Shown: piece after piece, positions 11,244-22,075 of the stretch
How the letters are laid out: each line of letters begins with the position of its first letter
How positions within the stretch are numbered: position 1 is the first letter of the stretch
DNA from: Chrysochromulina tobinii
Lineage: Eukaryota
Assembly: GCA_001275005.1 (NCBI GenBank)
Contig: JWZX01002066.1
Coordinates: 1 to 34,806 of the forward strand
DNA length: 34,806 nt
Direction of reading: 5' to 3'
Notes under the pieces: generated by a model
The model's database searches: none
The model's input: the letters and a program-made list of their open reading frames with translations, nothing else
Told to the model about the DNA's origin: nothing
Position numbers and translations under genes: made by a program

Positions 11244-13881
11244 TCCGGCGCCGCTTTGGATGCCCTCGAGACCACGGCCACGGCCGGAGCGCAGGCGGGC
11301 TGGCTGCCGCCGCCGCCTCTGGCCGCCGTGCCGGTGCCCATCGACGCGGCGCTCGTGCGCAGCGTGCGCGCTTTCGACGGTCGCCCCGCGCGCGAGTTCA
11401 CAGGAGCGGCGGGTTGGGAGGCCGTCGAGGCCGGCCTCGAGGCCTACAAGAGTGCGAGCTTGAGCTTCGACGGGCTGGTGGGACTGCTTGCGCACGCGCT
11501 CTCGACGCCCGATTGCGTCACGAGTGTGCCCGACGTGTATGGCCAGCTGCATCTGAGTGTGCTCGAGCGCGCCGAGCGGCTGCACGGGGTGGCCCTGTCT
11601 GCCGAGGCACGGGCGGCACGGGAGCGTGCGAGGGAGGAGGCGAGGTCTGCACGTGCCCTCGCTGCCGAGGTGCGCACATGGCTCGCGCGTGTCACGCGCG
11701 CCGTCGAGCACGGCTTCGGCAACGCATCGAGTACGCTCATGGCGTACACGTTTGCGCGCGGCTACGGCGACGCCGGCACCAAGGGCGGCGGTGTCGGCGT
11801 CAGCCTCAAGGGCTTTGGCCGAGGCGTAAGCGCCGCGGCCGCCGAGGCCCGCGCCGTTGACGATGGACTGTGGACACGGGCGCTCGGATGCCTGCCACGC
11901 CACTCTGGAGGTGTGGCTACCCTCCATTCGATGGCGATGGTGGCCGTCGCTCGGCACGCGGACATCTCGGTCGAGATGGCGCCGCCCGCCGGAGCTGAAG
12001 AGGGAGCATCGCTCGAGGAGCTAGGGAGGGTGGCTGCCGCGGCGGCGCGTGAGCAGTGCGCGGGCGTGATCAGCGCGCTGCGCGGCTGGCGGCGGACGCA
12101 GCAGCCGTGGGCAGAGGCGCGCGTGCGTGAGCACATGGCAGAGCGCCATGTGCAGTCCGAGGTGCGCGCGGTCCTTGAGTCACTCCTCAAGCAGGTGGAT
12201 CGTGTCCTCAAGCCGGCCAATCGCGAAGGACGCATCGAGGAGCAGGTGGCGGCGGTCCTCTCCGCCCTCGTGGCCCGTGTGGTACGTATAGTCGAGCGCG
12301 ATGAGAAGTCATCCAAGTCGAAGAAGAGGAAGGCAGAGGAGGAGAGGAGGAAGGCGGAAGAGGCAGCGGCAGCGGAGGCGGCCAGAGCGGAAGCGGCGGA
12401 AGCAGCGGCGCGCTCCGAGAAGCTCCTCGCGTCACTGGCCAAGTACCTCGAGCACTGCGGCGGCTCGGCGGAGATGATCACTGGCTGGTACACGATGACT
12501 GAATTCCGCAAGGAGGGCGCCACTGCAGGCACCTATGACTCGTACTTCTTCAACAAGAAGGTGAGCGGGAGCGCAGCGCCGTCGTGAGCGCGGCGCCGTC
12601 ATGAGCGCGGCGCCCTCGCGCGCACAGCCCTCGCACGCACAGTCTTGAGCCTATTCATATTCACAGCCTCATTGAGCCCTCACTCGCCCCACCCTGCCCC
12701 CACCGGCGCAGGGCAAGCGCTTCCGCTCCCGCGCCGAGGTCGCGCGACATTTCAACCTGGAGGCCGCTCCCGCCAAGCGCGAGTCCAAGGGGGCGGAGGC
12801 CAAGGCGGCGGACAAGGCGGCGGCGGCCGAGGCGAAGCGGGCGGCCAAAGAGGAGGCGCGTGCCGCCAAGACGGCCAAGGGGCGCGCAGAACACACAGAG
12901 GCAGCCGCGCCGACGAGTCGATTTGGCCGCAAGCGGAGCGCGCCGTCATGGCACTCGGACCCGTACGGCGCGGGCGCCTTCGCGCGCGAGGACGAGCTGC
13001 GCGGGCGTGGCCGCGGCGTTGCCGTCGTCGATGCCAGCTTGGTCGACCACGGCGCTGACAGCAGTGCGACTGGAACCTCCACGGAGGTCCCGTTAGAGGA
13101 GCTCTGGAAGGCCCTGGAGGCCAGCGCCAGCGCCGCTTCACCTGTGGATCCTCCCGCATCGGCCACGGGCGGTCGAGGGTGCGGCACCGGCGGCGGGCGC
13201 GTCGGCGGGCGCGTCGGCGGGCGCGGTGGTGGGCGCGGCGGCGCCGCTGGTGGACGTGGCAGCGCGTCGCTCACCAAGCTGGCGGACGAGTGGCCGGTGG
13301 GGATGCGCGTCGAGGTGCAGCAGGAGAGCGACGTGCATTTTGGCGCGTGGTTTGAGGCGACAGTCTATGGACACAAGGCGCCCGATAAGCTGCGGGTCGA
13401 ATACGAGGAGCTCTGCGAGGATGATGCCGAAGCGGAAGACGTGGCCGACCTGCCCGGGCTGAAGCGCGACGAGATCGCCAAGCGAGTGCGCCCGCTGCCG
13501 CCGCAGCCCGCGGACGGCCGTTGGCTGGGCGCGCTCAGCGTGGGCGATTTGGTGCAGCTCTCATACATCGGCGGCTGGTGGGACGTGAAGGTGCTTGAAG
13601 TGCGCCCGCAGCCTCTATTTGACGAACCTCAATGGATCGTCAAGTCGGTCGACTTTGAGGCAGTCCACACGGTCGACGCGGCGGTGCTGCGCCCCCACGC
13701 ACAGTGGGATGGCGCGAGCAAGGCGTGGCGCACCCCTGCCGCCGGAGGTACGGGACCACCCAACGCCGACATGGGAGCATCTCCAGGTGCAACACCAATG
13801 GAGCCGCCGCCGCCGCAGCAGCAGCAGGGATTCCAGCAGCATCTGCTGCAGCAGCTGGTGCAGCATCCGCAGCAGCTTCAT

Positions 13882-13912
<31 letters not shown>

Positions 13913-14382
13913 AGCTCTTGCACCAACAGCACCAGCACCAGCACCAGCACCAGCACCAGCACCAGCACCAGCACCAGCACCAGCACCAGCAGGAGGAGGA
14001 GGAGGCGCGGGCGGAGGCGATGCAGAGAGAGGCAGCGACACGGGCAGCGGCGCAGCAGCAGCACCAGGCGATGCGCGGTGCCGATACGGAGGCGGCACGC
14101 GTGTTGCGTGCAGAGGAGAATAGGAAGCGCGAGGAAGAGAAGACCGTCAAGAAGGAGGAGGAGAAGAAGCGCAAGGCGGAGGAGAAGCAGGCTGAGAAGG
14201 ACATGAAGAAGCAGCGTAAGCTGGGGGGCGGAGGGGCGAGCAGCGCCTCCACTGCCGTCGCCACCGTCATCAGCGTCAGCGACGTCATCAGCGACGCCGC
14301 AGAGTGCCAGAGGACAGATGCAGGAGGGGCAGAGGGCGCAGCGGTGCAGATTGTGGCGGCCGCAATCGTCTCGGCACAGTGA
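9930..14382 (+). CDS. MBD-domain plus tandem Agenet/Tudor-like chromatin reader, 2 exons (9930-12560, 12712-14382), ~1433 aa
   Basis: Removing the phase-0 GT-AG intron 12561-12711 joins two ORFs in frame and restores an MBD: GWYTMTEFRKEGATAGTYDSYFFNKK|GKRFRSRAEVARHFNL. Agenet-like WPVGMRVEV...GAWFEATV...LRVEYEEL...VRPLPP and LSVGDLVQLSYIGGWWDVKV...LRPH. ELM2-like PRIGPKYQIEVVP at 10101-10139. Poly-Ala, poly-His and (HQ)n tracts. The true start is uncertain. Confidence 0.82.
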
Positions 14383-14782
14383 GCGACATGCCCGCGACAA
14401 GGAGCGCCGGACGCTCAATACCACACGGAGTTGGAGCGAAGACCGTCCAGCCCACATGGACTCGTCGGCCTGCGCGAGTTCGGGCCACACGGCGCAGCGG
14501 TGGCGTGGGGCGGAGACATGGGGGTGATCTGATGCGTTGTGGGAGGGTTCCGTTTCGTTTCCGTTTTTTCGACACGCCGCTTCGCGCGACCTCACTTGGA
14601 TGCGCTGCGATGGTGCGTGCACGGCTTCCGGTTGCCTTGCTCTTCTGTTATTTCTCCGTGTTCAGAGGAGTTCCACCAAGATTAATAACCACCACCATGA
14701 TTTTCTTTTTCTTCGAACCTATTCACTTGATGTTATGTACCAAACGAGACGGTACGTCATGCGATGATGTACCGTACTTTAC

Positions 14783-15032
14783 GGTTTGTCGTTTCCTGCG
14801 TTTGCGTACGCAGAAACCTGTTTACGCGAGGGGGTACGTATACGCACCCACTGTGTATACACACTACCGCTCGCGTAAACGCACCTACCCGCGTATACGC
14901 ACCCTGGGGTGCGTATACGCACGTACCTGCGTATACACACCCACACCCGCGTACAAGCACGTGTGCGTACACGCGGCGTCGGGTGCGTATACGCAGAGAC
15001 GCGACGAACGTCATGGTACTACCTAAGGTAGT
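14783..15032. repeat. Cluster of palindromes and inverted repeats rich in GTATAC/GTAC, possibly a MITE remnant
   Basis: Perfect IR gtttacgcgag (14820-14830) / ctcgcgtaaac (14870-14880). Perfect 14-bp IR 14891-14904 / 14907-14920. Hairpin actacct-a-aggtagt at 15018-15032. Confidence 0.7.
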
Positions 15033-15904
15033 CGAGTAGGAGAACCTAATCCAATGAGCAAATTATTTGGTATACAAGAAAGACTTTCGGGGTCGGCCGA
15101 CCACCGGCTCATCGTGTCGCGGGTCCCCCGGCTAAGGTAGCATAGTACTGACGTGTGACGAAGGAGCGCGTCTTGCTCTGAGGCGAGCGGATCGCCGGCG
15201 TACATGTGAAAGATTCGGCAACATGGAACTCAACATGGTCTCCCGTTTCTGGAGGCATCTGTGGCGGGAGCACTGTGATTGGTCCAGGGTCCCCGAGCTT
15301 TTGAGGCAGCATTATCCGTATGTACGCCGGTCCGTTGTCTTGGGTGTCAAATTTTAACCAGTGGCTGTGACGCGCCGATCGCGATTTATACCTGCCGATT
15401 GGGTGGCGTGACATGAAACAGATCATGCAAAAAATACCGTGCATACATGTAGTAGCCCCCGAGGAGCAGCACCCGGTGCCGTGGTCACGCCCCGCTAACC
15501 GAACGAACTAAGCGGGTTTCGCGCCCTCGGCTGCGAAGCCAGCAGCACACAGGGCTCCAGCTGCTCGGTGCTCGCTCGTCCATTGCGCTCGTCGCCATGC
15601 CCTCCCCCGCCCGGCCTCGCAGGCTCCAGCTGCTCGCCCGTCGCCCCCCGCTCGCCGCCGGTCTCATCGGCTCCGGCTGTATGCATCCCCGCCCGCCGCC
15701 GGCCCCAAAGTCTCCGGCTTCGAAGAGCTCCGCGGTCCGCTGCCCCGCTGCCCCTGTCTCCTGCCGCCGACGGCGCGACCGGCAGCGGCACCGCCGAGCG
15801 TTCTGCGCCCACTCCCGCAAGGAGCTCGTCAATGCGCTTCCTCATCTTCAGACGCGAGCGGATGCAGGAGGCGCGCTTACGGTAGAAGCTTGTTAGGGAT
15901 AGGG

Positions 15905-17827
15905 TCAGTTGAAGGGCCAGTTGAAGGGCCAGGAACCGTTTTTCTCGACGTTTTTCTTCCCATGTCCAGAGAAAAAGTTTGGCATAGTCTTGCTAACGCT
16001 CTTGTAAGTGGACTCGTTAGCACAGCTGGCAATGTGCGTCTCCAGCTGGGACGCGAAGTCGATGGCATCTGTGATGGGAACCCACGGAGCGATCACCACG
16101 GAGGCTTCCTCGATCGTCGCCGTGTACGACGCTTTGTACACCAACTTGAGCTCGCGCACGGACTGGGTCAGCTTGCCCGACTTGGACGTGACGTTGAGAT
16201 CCTCAAAGGCCTTCAGGGGCACCGTCTCTCCAGCGACCACCTTGCTGTCCATGCGCTCCTCGTACGTTGTCACAATCTTGTCGAGCTCCGGCATGCTGTC
16301 CGTCGATGCCAAGAAGTTGAACGTCCCGCTCCTCCCGTTCGTCCCGTTCGTCCCGTTCGTCCCGTTCCCCATCCTCTTCGTCGAGGAGCAGCACTTGAAG
16401 GAGCAGCACTTGAAGGAGCAGCAGTTGAAGGAGCAGCACTTGAGGGAGCAGCACTTGAGGGAGCAGCACTTGAAGGAGCAGCACTGCAGTGCACATCACA
16501 CACATTTGAACCGCATCTGAGAGCGCGCGCCGCGGAGCATCTTGGGAGCCGCGCACTGCGCTGCGATCGGGGCATGAGTGCGCCATGCGCGATCATCACA
16601 TTCCCGTTCGATGCGGTACGATGCCGCACCTCTTTGCAACAATCCTTGAACGTGCACCGGCACGCGGAGCACGAACACGACGGGCACCACGAACACGACA
16701 GGCACCACGAACACGACAGGCACCACGACGGGTTACAGCAAGCGCACCAGCAGCTTGCCCACCAGCCACTTGCGCTCGAGCCGCTTGCCTTCCAGTCGCT
16801 TTTCTTGAAGCTCTCGCCGTTGAACTTCGCAGCCGCTTCGGCCACGTCGGCCGTCGTGAGGTGCACGTGATAAATTGAGTTCTGCACAGCACACGCACGC
16901 AGGGGCGACTCGTCGTCCAGCGCGAGGGCGAGAGCGCAAGGGCGCACACGCGCGCGGTTCAGAGGTCCTCTCTCCTCGCACGGCTCCCGCACCCCAGTGG
17001 GGCAGATGAAGCAGTAGAAGCAGACAGTATGGGACGAGGTCTGATGGGGAGGAGCATGCTGGTGCGGGGATCGTGCCCGCCATGAGTCTCTCACCTTGCA
17101 CAGATCGATGGTCGTGAAGAAGCCGTCGAGGGTGTGCTTCGCCGAGACCTGCTTTAGGAGAGTCTGCTCTGTGCCGACTATGTCCGAGTGCTTGCGCATG
17201 CCAGATTCGGAAATGTTCACTTGATTCGTCTCCGACATCATGATGACCTTGAGCTTGTGATGGCCCTGCGAGGAGGCGGTGATGAACAGGACGCCCTGCC
17301 GGCCGACCATATTCTTGCCGTTCACGTTGTTAAACGCGATCACATCGATGGACGTGACGATCGTCTCGCCCTGCATGAGGTACGCGTTTACCAAGTCTTT
17401 CGTGGCGGTCGTCGGCAGCGCGGTGGCGCTCTTCAAGTCGGTCTCCCTGACCATGGCGAAACGCTCGGCCACGACCTTCGAGTCGGACATGAGCGGAACC
17501 TCGTCGGTGGCGGCCGCCTTTGACACTCCTTTGACCCATTCACCCTGGACAAGGATCTTGTCGGGCGTATCATCAGGGCGAACCGAGAAATCCTGCGCAT
17601 AAAGTACAGGATGACAGGAGCGCAGGAGTGGGCGAACCAACAAGACGAATCGACGGTCAACTGCAAAAGGCGAAGCTCGAAGCACGCACGGATGGAATCT
17701 TGGCAGCCAGCGCTAATTCAGAGGCATACTTGGGGGTGTACTCATAGACTGGAGCTTGGAAGCCTCCCTCAGATGTGTTAGACGTGGCGACGGCGTCAAT
17801 ATCAACCACAACTTGAGACTCCTCCAT
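15905..17827 (-). CDS. Hypothetical protein, 4 exons (17827-17690, 17592-17095, 16881-16630, 16483-15905), ~488 aa, with a central cysteine string
   Basis: Three phase-0 GT-AG introns (97, 213, 146 nt) link ORF pieces in frame. The spliced product contains SCWCACCNPSWCLSCSWCLSCSWCPSCSCSACRCTFKDCCKE|CCSFKCCSLKCCSLKCCSFNCCSFKCCSFKCCSST. Confidence 0.72.
16379..16483 (-). repeat. 15-nt coding tandem repeat x7 encoding CCSxK
   Basis: gagcagcacttgaag-type units on the + strand. Confidence 0.95.
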
Positions 17828-18744
17828 CTCCGTTCTTCTCAACCACAACAGCTGCGCAGGCGCCTGCGTCGAGAAGAACGGGCCGAACTTTGATCAGGAT
17901 GTGCAGAAAAATCAGAGGGATGCGCGGCTCTTGCGAGTGCCTGCAAGGTGTCCTCTCCGCGCATCAAGAGAGCCACTAACACCTATTACTGTGATCTCAT
18001 TTCAGCTCTCTTTTTTTACCTCTTAATTTTGAACCTTCTTCGACATGCAAGCACGTAAAATTCGGTCCACGACACGCTATATGGCGACACGCGACACGGC
18101 CACTCACCCCATTAAAGTTGTGCGAAATTGGTATTCACCGTATTCTAGTCCTCGTGTGCTGACTCCTCGTCGGTCGAGGACTTGCGGGACCACAGGGTTC
18201 CGGAGTATTGCGGACGATCCGTCCTTCGCGTTTGCCTCGTCGTACGTATCGTCGCCGTACGTGAGGGCCTCGTCGCGTGCCTTGGTTCCGGCACCAAACT
18301 CGGGCATCGCCCGTTGATCTTCGTAGATCGTTGTTCGTTGACTTACCATCCGCTACCATGGGAACGGGAGCCCTTGGCTCCGCGGACCCTTGCATGCCGC
18401 TCAAGGGGTCCAGCGAGTAGACCTGATCCCTCTGGAGCGGGTTGAAGTTCGTAAGAGGTTCTTGGATGTCGCTACTGGACAAACACTCTTCGACTCGCGC
18501 GCGGAGACTCCGCGCGCCCTTTCACCGGGACGGCGCTTGACGTAACTCTACGTGCATGCGACCGGAACGTCCCGGACCCGGTTTACCGACTCGCAGGATC
18601 CTAATAAGAAAAACCACCACAAATTGGGGCGCCCCCGCAGGTTCAATGGGTATATGGGACGGGGAATTTCGTCAGCTCCGTGACGATGGACGAAACTTGA
18701 CGAAACCGCGGACGGGCGCGAGGAGACTTAGCAACTGGGAAAAA

Positions 18745-19230
18745 ATTGGGATGGACCAGTTTGTGTGGGACTTCCCAGCTTGGGTGGTGTGTCCCGGAGA
18801 GGGAGTGGGATGACCCACCGCTGGGTCATCCCACTCTTTCATGGGACGCCCCAGGCGGTTGAGACGTCCCACGCGATGTGGGACGTCCCACGTGGGTGGG
18901 CTGTCCCAGTTTGGCTGGGTTGTCCCATTTTGGCTGGGGTGTCCCAGTTTGGCTGGGGTGTCCCAGCTGTGGGTCATCCCACTTTGAAGCGAGCTGTCCC
19001 ACGCCAAGTGGGCCGTCCCAGTGCCCTGTGGGACGTCCCGCGTGGGTGGGCTGTCCCAGTTTAGCTGGGTTGTCCTAGTCTGGCTGGGGTGTCCCAGCTT
19101 GGCTGGGGTGTCCCAGCTGTGGGTTATTCCACTTTGAAGCGAGTTGTCCCACGCCAAGTGGGCCGTCCCAGTGCCCTGTGGGACGTCCCGCGTGGGTGGG
19201 CTGTCCCGGTTCGGGTAGGTTGTCCCGAGT
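18745..19230. repeat. 150-bp tandem repeat (~2.2 copies) built from TGGG..CCCA / TGTCCCA palindromic subunits, with degenerate flanks
   Basis: tgtgggacgtccc starts at 18877, 19027 and 19177 (exact period 150); the copies differ by a few substitutions. Confidence 0.92.
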
Positions 19231-19809
19231 TTTGCTGAGTTCTTGTCCTAGCGAGTTAGAATTGCTAACGTTAAGGGCCATTCACTGTTGAGGTGTTTAA
19301 CACTAACAACTTAACAACAATAAGAATTGTTAACAACAACGCTTTAATGTTAAGGATTTTCCCTTCGTAGCTGGTAACCAACGATTTCGAAGGATAGTGC
19401 AACTCCTTATGAATAATTAAAGGAGGGTTAGTTTGAAAACCTGATGGGGAGAGAGGTGGGGACGGTATGAAAAACGTGAGCCTGTAGGGGCTGTTAAAAG
19501 GCTCTGAAATAGCTTGGGACTCGCGCAGAGGGCGTCTCGAGCCCTCTCCTCCCTCCCCTAACTGAGATCTCAAGGTATAGGGCACCTGATTTCTTGATTT
19601 CTTGATTATCCTGATTTCTTGATTTCAACACTTCTGATCATCCCTTGTCGACTTTCGAAGTCACCAAGTCAAATCGAACCGGCTTCTTTGTAACTGTAAA
19701 ACTGAAGAACTAATCTGAAGCGACGTATCTTGCTGAGTACAATTACTGACCGACGTTACAGACGGGGTACATCATGTACATCAGACGGACTACATCATGT
19801 ACACAACAC

Positions 19810-21705
19810 CTAAAAGATACCGTACAGATCCGGCGCCCATATGTATGGCTCTGAGCGCACCTCGCGCTCTGGCTCGGCAAACCTGGGAGGTCTAAACACA
19901 GGCGCGCGGTGCATGGCCGTGTCTACACTCATCACCTCATACTTATTCTGCAAACCATATCTGGTCCTGTACGGCACCTCGCGGTACCCTCCGCTTCGCT
20001 CATCACGTACGAGTGTCTCTGTGCTCGCCCATAGCCAGCGCAGGAGCATGAGCTCGTGGCGCCGGCCGTGCTCATCGACGCATGCAAATGCGAGACATAG
20101 CTCGCCAAACCAGTTGTCCCACCCGATGTCAGTAAACTTCGGGTCTATAGCCACAAATTCGGGGTGCGCGTTGGGTTGATGACCAAAGATGGACGCGTTG
20201 ATGGTGGGTGGGTTTGAACTTTCTCCAGTTTGCTGTACTTTGGGCTGCGAGGGCGGGAGCGAGGGGGATGGTTGGAGGGCTGGTGTGAGCGGTGTGGCAT
20301 GGCTCGCGCAGGCAGTGGTGGCGGCGCGGTGAGTTTGAGGAGACCTGTGCGAGGCGCACCGTTGGCCGCGGCGTGCGCCTGGACTCCTTGGGAGAAACCG
20401 CTGATGTGCTTGTTGAGCATCTTGAGGTGGTAGCCGTGGTTCATCATGAAGTCGAGCGCGATCTGCTCGCCGGCCCTCGGCTGCCGCCACCGACGCACAC
20501 GGGCCAAAGATGCCCGGCGCGACGGCCTTGACGATCGCACGCCCACCCGATCGCGAATGGAAGCGACAAGGGTCCGCCAAGTTGAGACAAGAGCGCGTCG
20601 TAGATGTCGACTGTGCCAGTCCAGTGGTCATTCACCTGGTCGCGTGTGAAGCACTGCAGCGACTCGAAGAACTTCAGATGTACCCTTGACTGGCTGATTG
20701 CGGTGCCTAATTCCATCGCACTGCACTGATGGTTTCTTGCCGCCTCTAGCAGAAGCTGCCTGAGCAGGGCGTGGCTCGGGCGGATGCTCGCCGGCCCTCG
20801 GCTGCCGCCACAGACGCACACGGGCCAAAGATGCCCGGCGCGACGGCCTTGACGATGGCCCACGGGACGACTTCGGCGGCCGCGCCAGGGCCGGGCTCCG
20901 CCCTCGCAATCTCCACGTGGCCCTCGTCATTGGCGGTGGCCACGACCAGGACGCTCTTGGCGGCGCAGGCGGCGGTGAACACGGCGATCCGTTCGGGCGT
21001 CGGGGGCTTCGTGGGGGTGAGGCCTGCGGCTCTGTTGGCGCGCTTGTTGGCGTGCGACCATGGCCACGTGCCGGCCTGCGCTGGCCTTGCTCAGGTGAGA
21101 CTGGGGGCAGGCGCAGCCCCCGGGTTCTCGGCGGCCCCCCGCAGAGCGCCAGAGCCCACCGTAGCTCCCGATAGCCGAGACGAGTTGGTCTGCGCCATGC
21201 GACTGTACTGGAGCATGTACTCTGATAATCGTGATGAGAATGTACGCATCACAAATCATCTCGAAGGTCGAAGCGTGCATCCTGGATGACAGCATGACGC
21301 ACGCGTGCAGCTAGTTGTCCAACATGGCCTTGTACTCGTCGCTCATGAGCTTGCGCGCCTCTGCGCGCTCGCTGCAGCCCATGGCGTTCGTCCAGTGGGA
21401 CGCCAGAGGCGCCTTGGTTGTTTTCCCGATGCCCTCGCGGTCGGTGATGAAGCGCCGTGTGAGCATGTCGCTGATACCAATGGCTGATACGCTGCGCGCT
21501 GCGCCGCGCGCTCGGCCTCCGTGGCCGTGACCTCGCGACGCGACACCTTGGCGACCGATAGGTCGGGGTCTATGGCCGCGCCGTGCAGCACCTTGGCGAA
21601 GATGCGGCAGCCCTCTGCCTCCACATGGTCCCGCGCCGCCACCGTGACGGCGGCGTGCATCCGCACCGTAGGGTGGTCACATTGGCCGGGCGACCAGATC
21701 CCCAC
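19810..21705 (-). pseudogene. Degenerate transposase-like remnant; C-terminus resembles the BAH-like tail of Plavaka/CMC-type transposases
   Basis: Protein-like fragments in several frames with stops and frameshifts. The last segment reads FVAID...WFGELCLAFAC...HELMLLRWL...YEVMSVDTAMHRAPVF...YIW. It is next to a repeat array and lower-GC DNA. Family call is by pattern recall only. Confidence 0.45.
20464..20856. repeat. 72-bp direct repeat pair (20464-20535 and 20785-20856), one mismatch
   Basis: tgctcgccggccctcggctgccgccac(c/a)gacgcacacgggccaaagatgcccggcgcgacggccttgacgat, copies separated by 249 bp. Confidence 0.95.
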
Positions 21706-22075
21706 CTCAGGGGGTCAAATGGGCGCCGTTTTGGGCGTTCTGTTACGTAATTACGGATTTACGGATTTACCCCCCTCCCTGAGCGCCCTCGACACGCTCC
21801 GACCCGGTCACACACGCGTAACTCCGAATCAAGTCCACCGCGGCCGCCGGGCGTCACGTCGACTTACGGTCTAGGCCTCTATTGTGCAATGATAAAACGT
21901 AAATTAGCCGACACGCCCGCCTCCAATTGCCGACGCGTCTGCCTGCCGGGCTCCGGGCTCCGCACGCCTCCGCAGCGCACCTCCTGCCGCGCTGGCGCGC
22001 TGCCCCCACAAGCTTGCCCACACAAGCTGCCTGCAATCTCTATCGAATCTCTCTCAAGCTCGGACCTCAGAGCGC

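Noticed and set aside
15030..15896. Several 60-116 aa ORFs between the MBD gene and the Cys-string gene
   Set aside because: No motifs and no preferred frame; ORFs of this size are expected at this GC content.
16270..17685. 471-aa ORF as a single-exon gene
   Set aside because: It lacks an ATG start, reads through a 213-nt in-frame intron and ends in an out-of-frame repeat; the 4-exon model fits better.
18104..18482. Minus-strand fragments with YGDD and a GTAAGT donor-like site (RT remnant or small gene)
   Set aside because: Spacing to other RT motifs does not fit and no coherent spliced model could be built.
18745..19230. CRISPR-like appearance of palindromic repeats
   Set aside because: The intervening sequence is itself repeated, there are no unique spacers or cas genes, and the context is eukaryotic.
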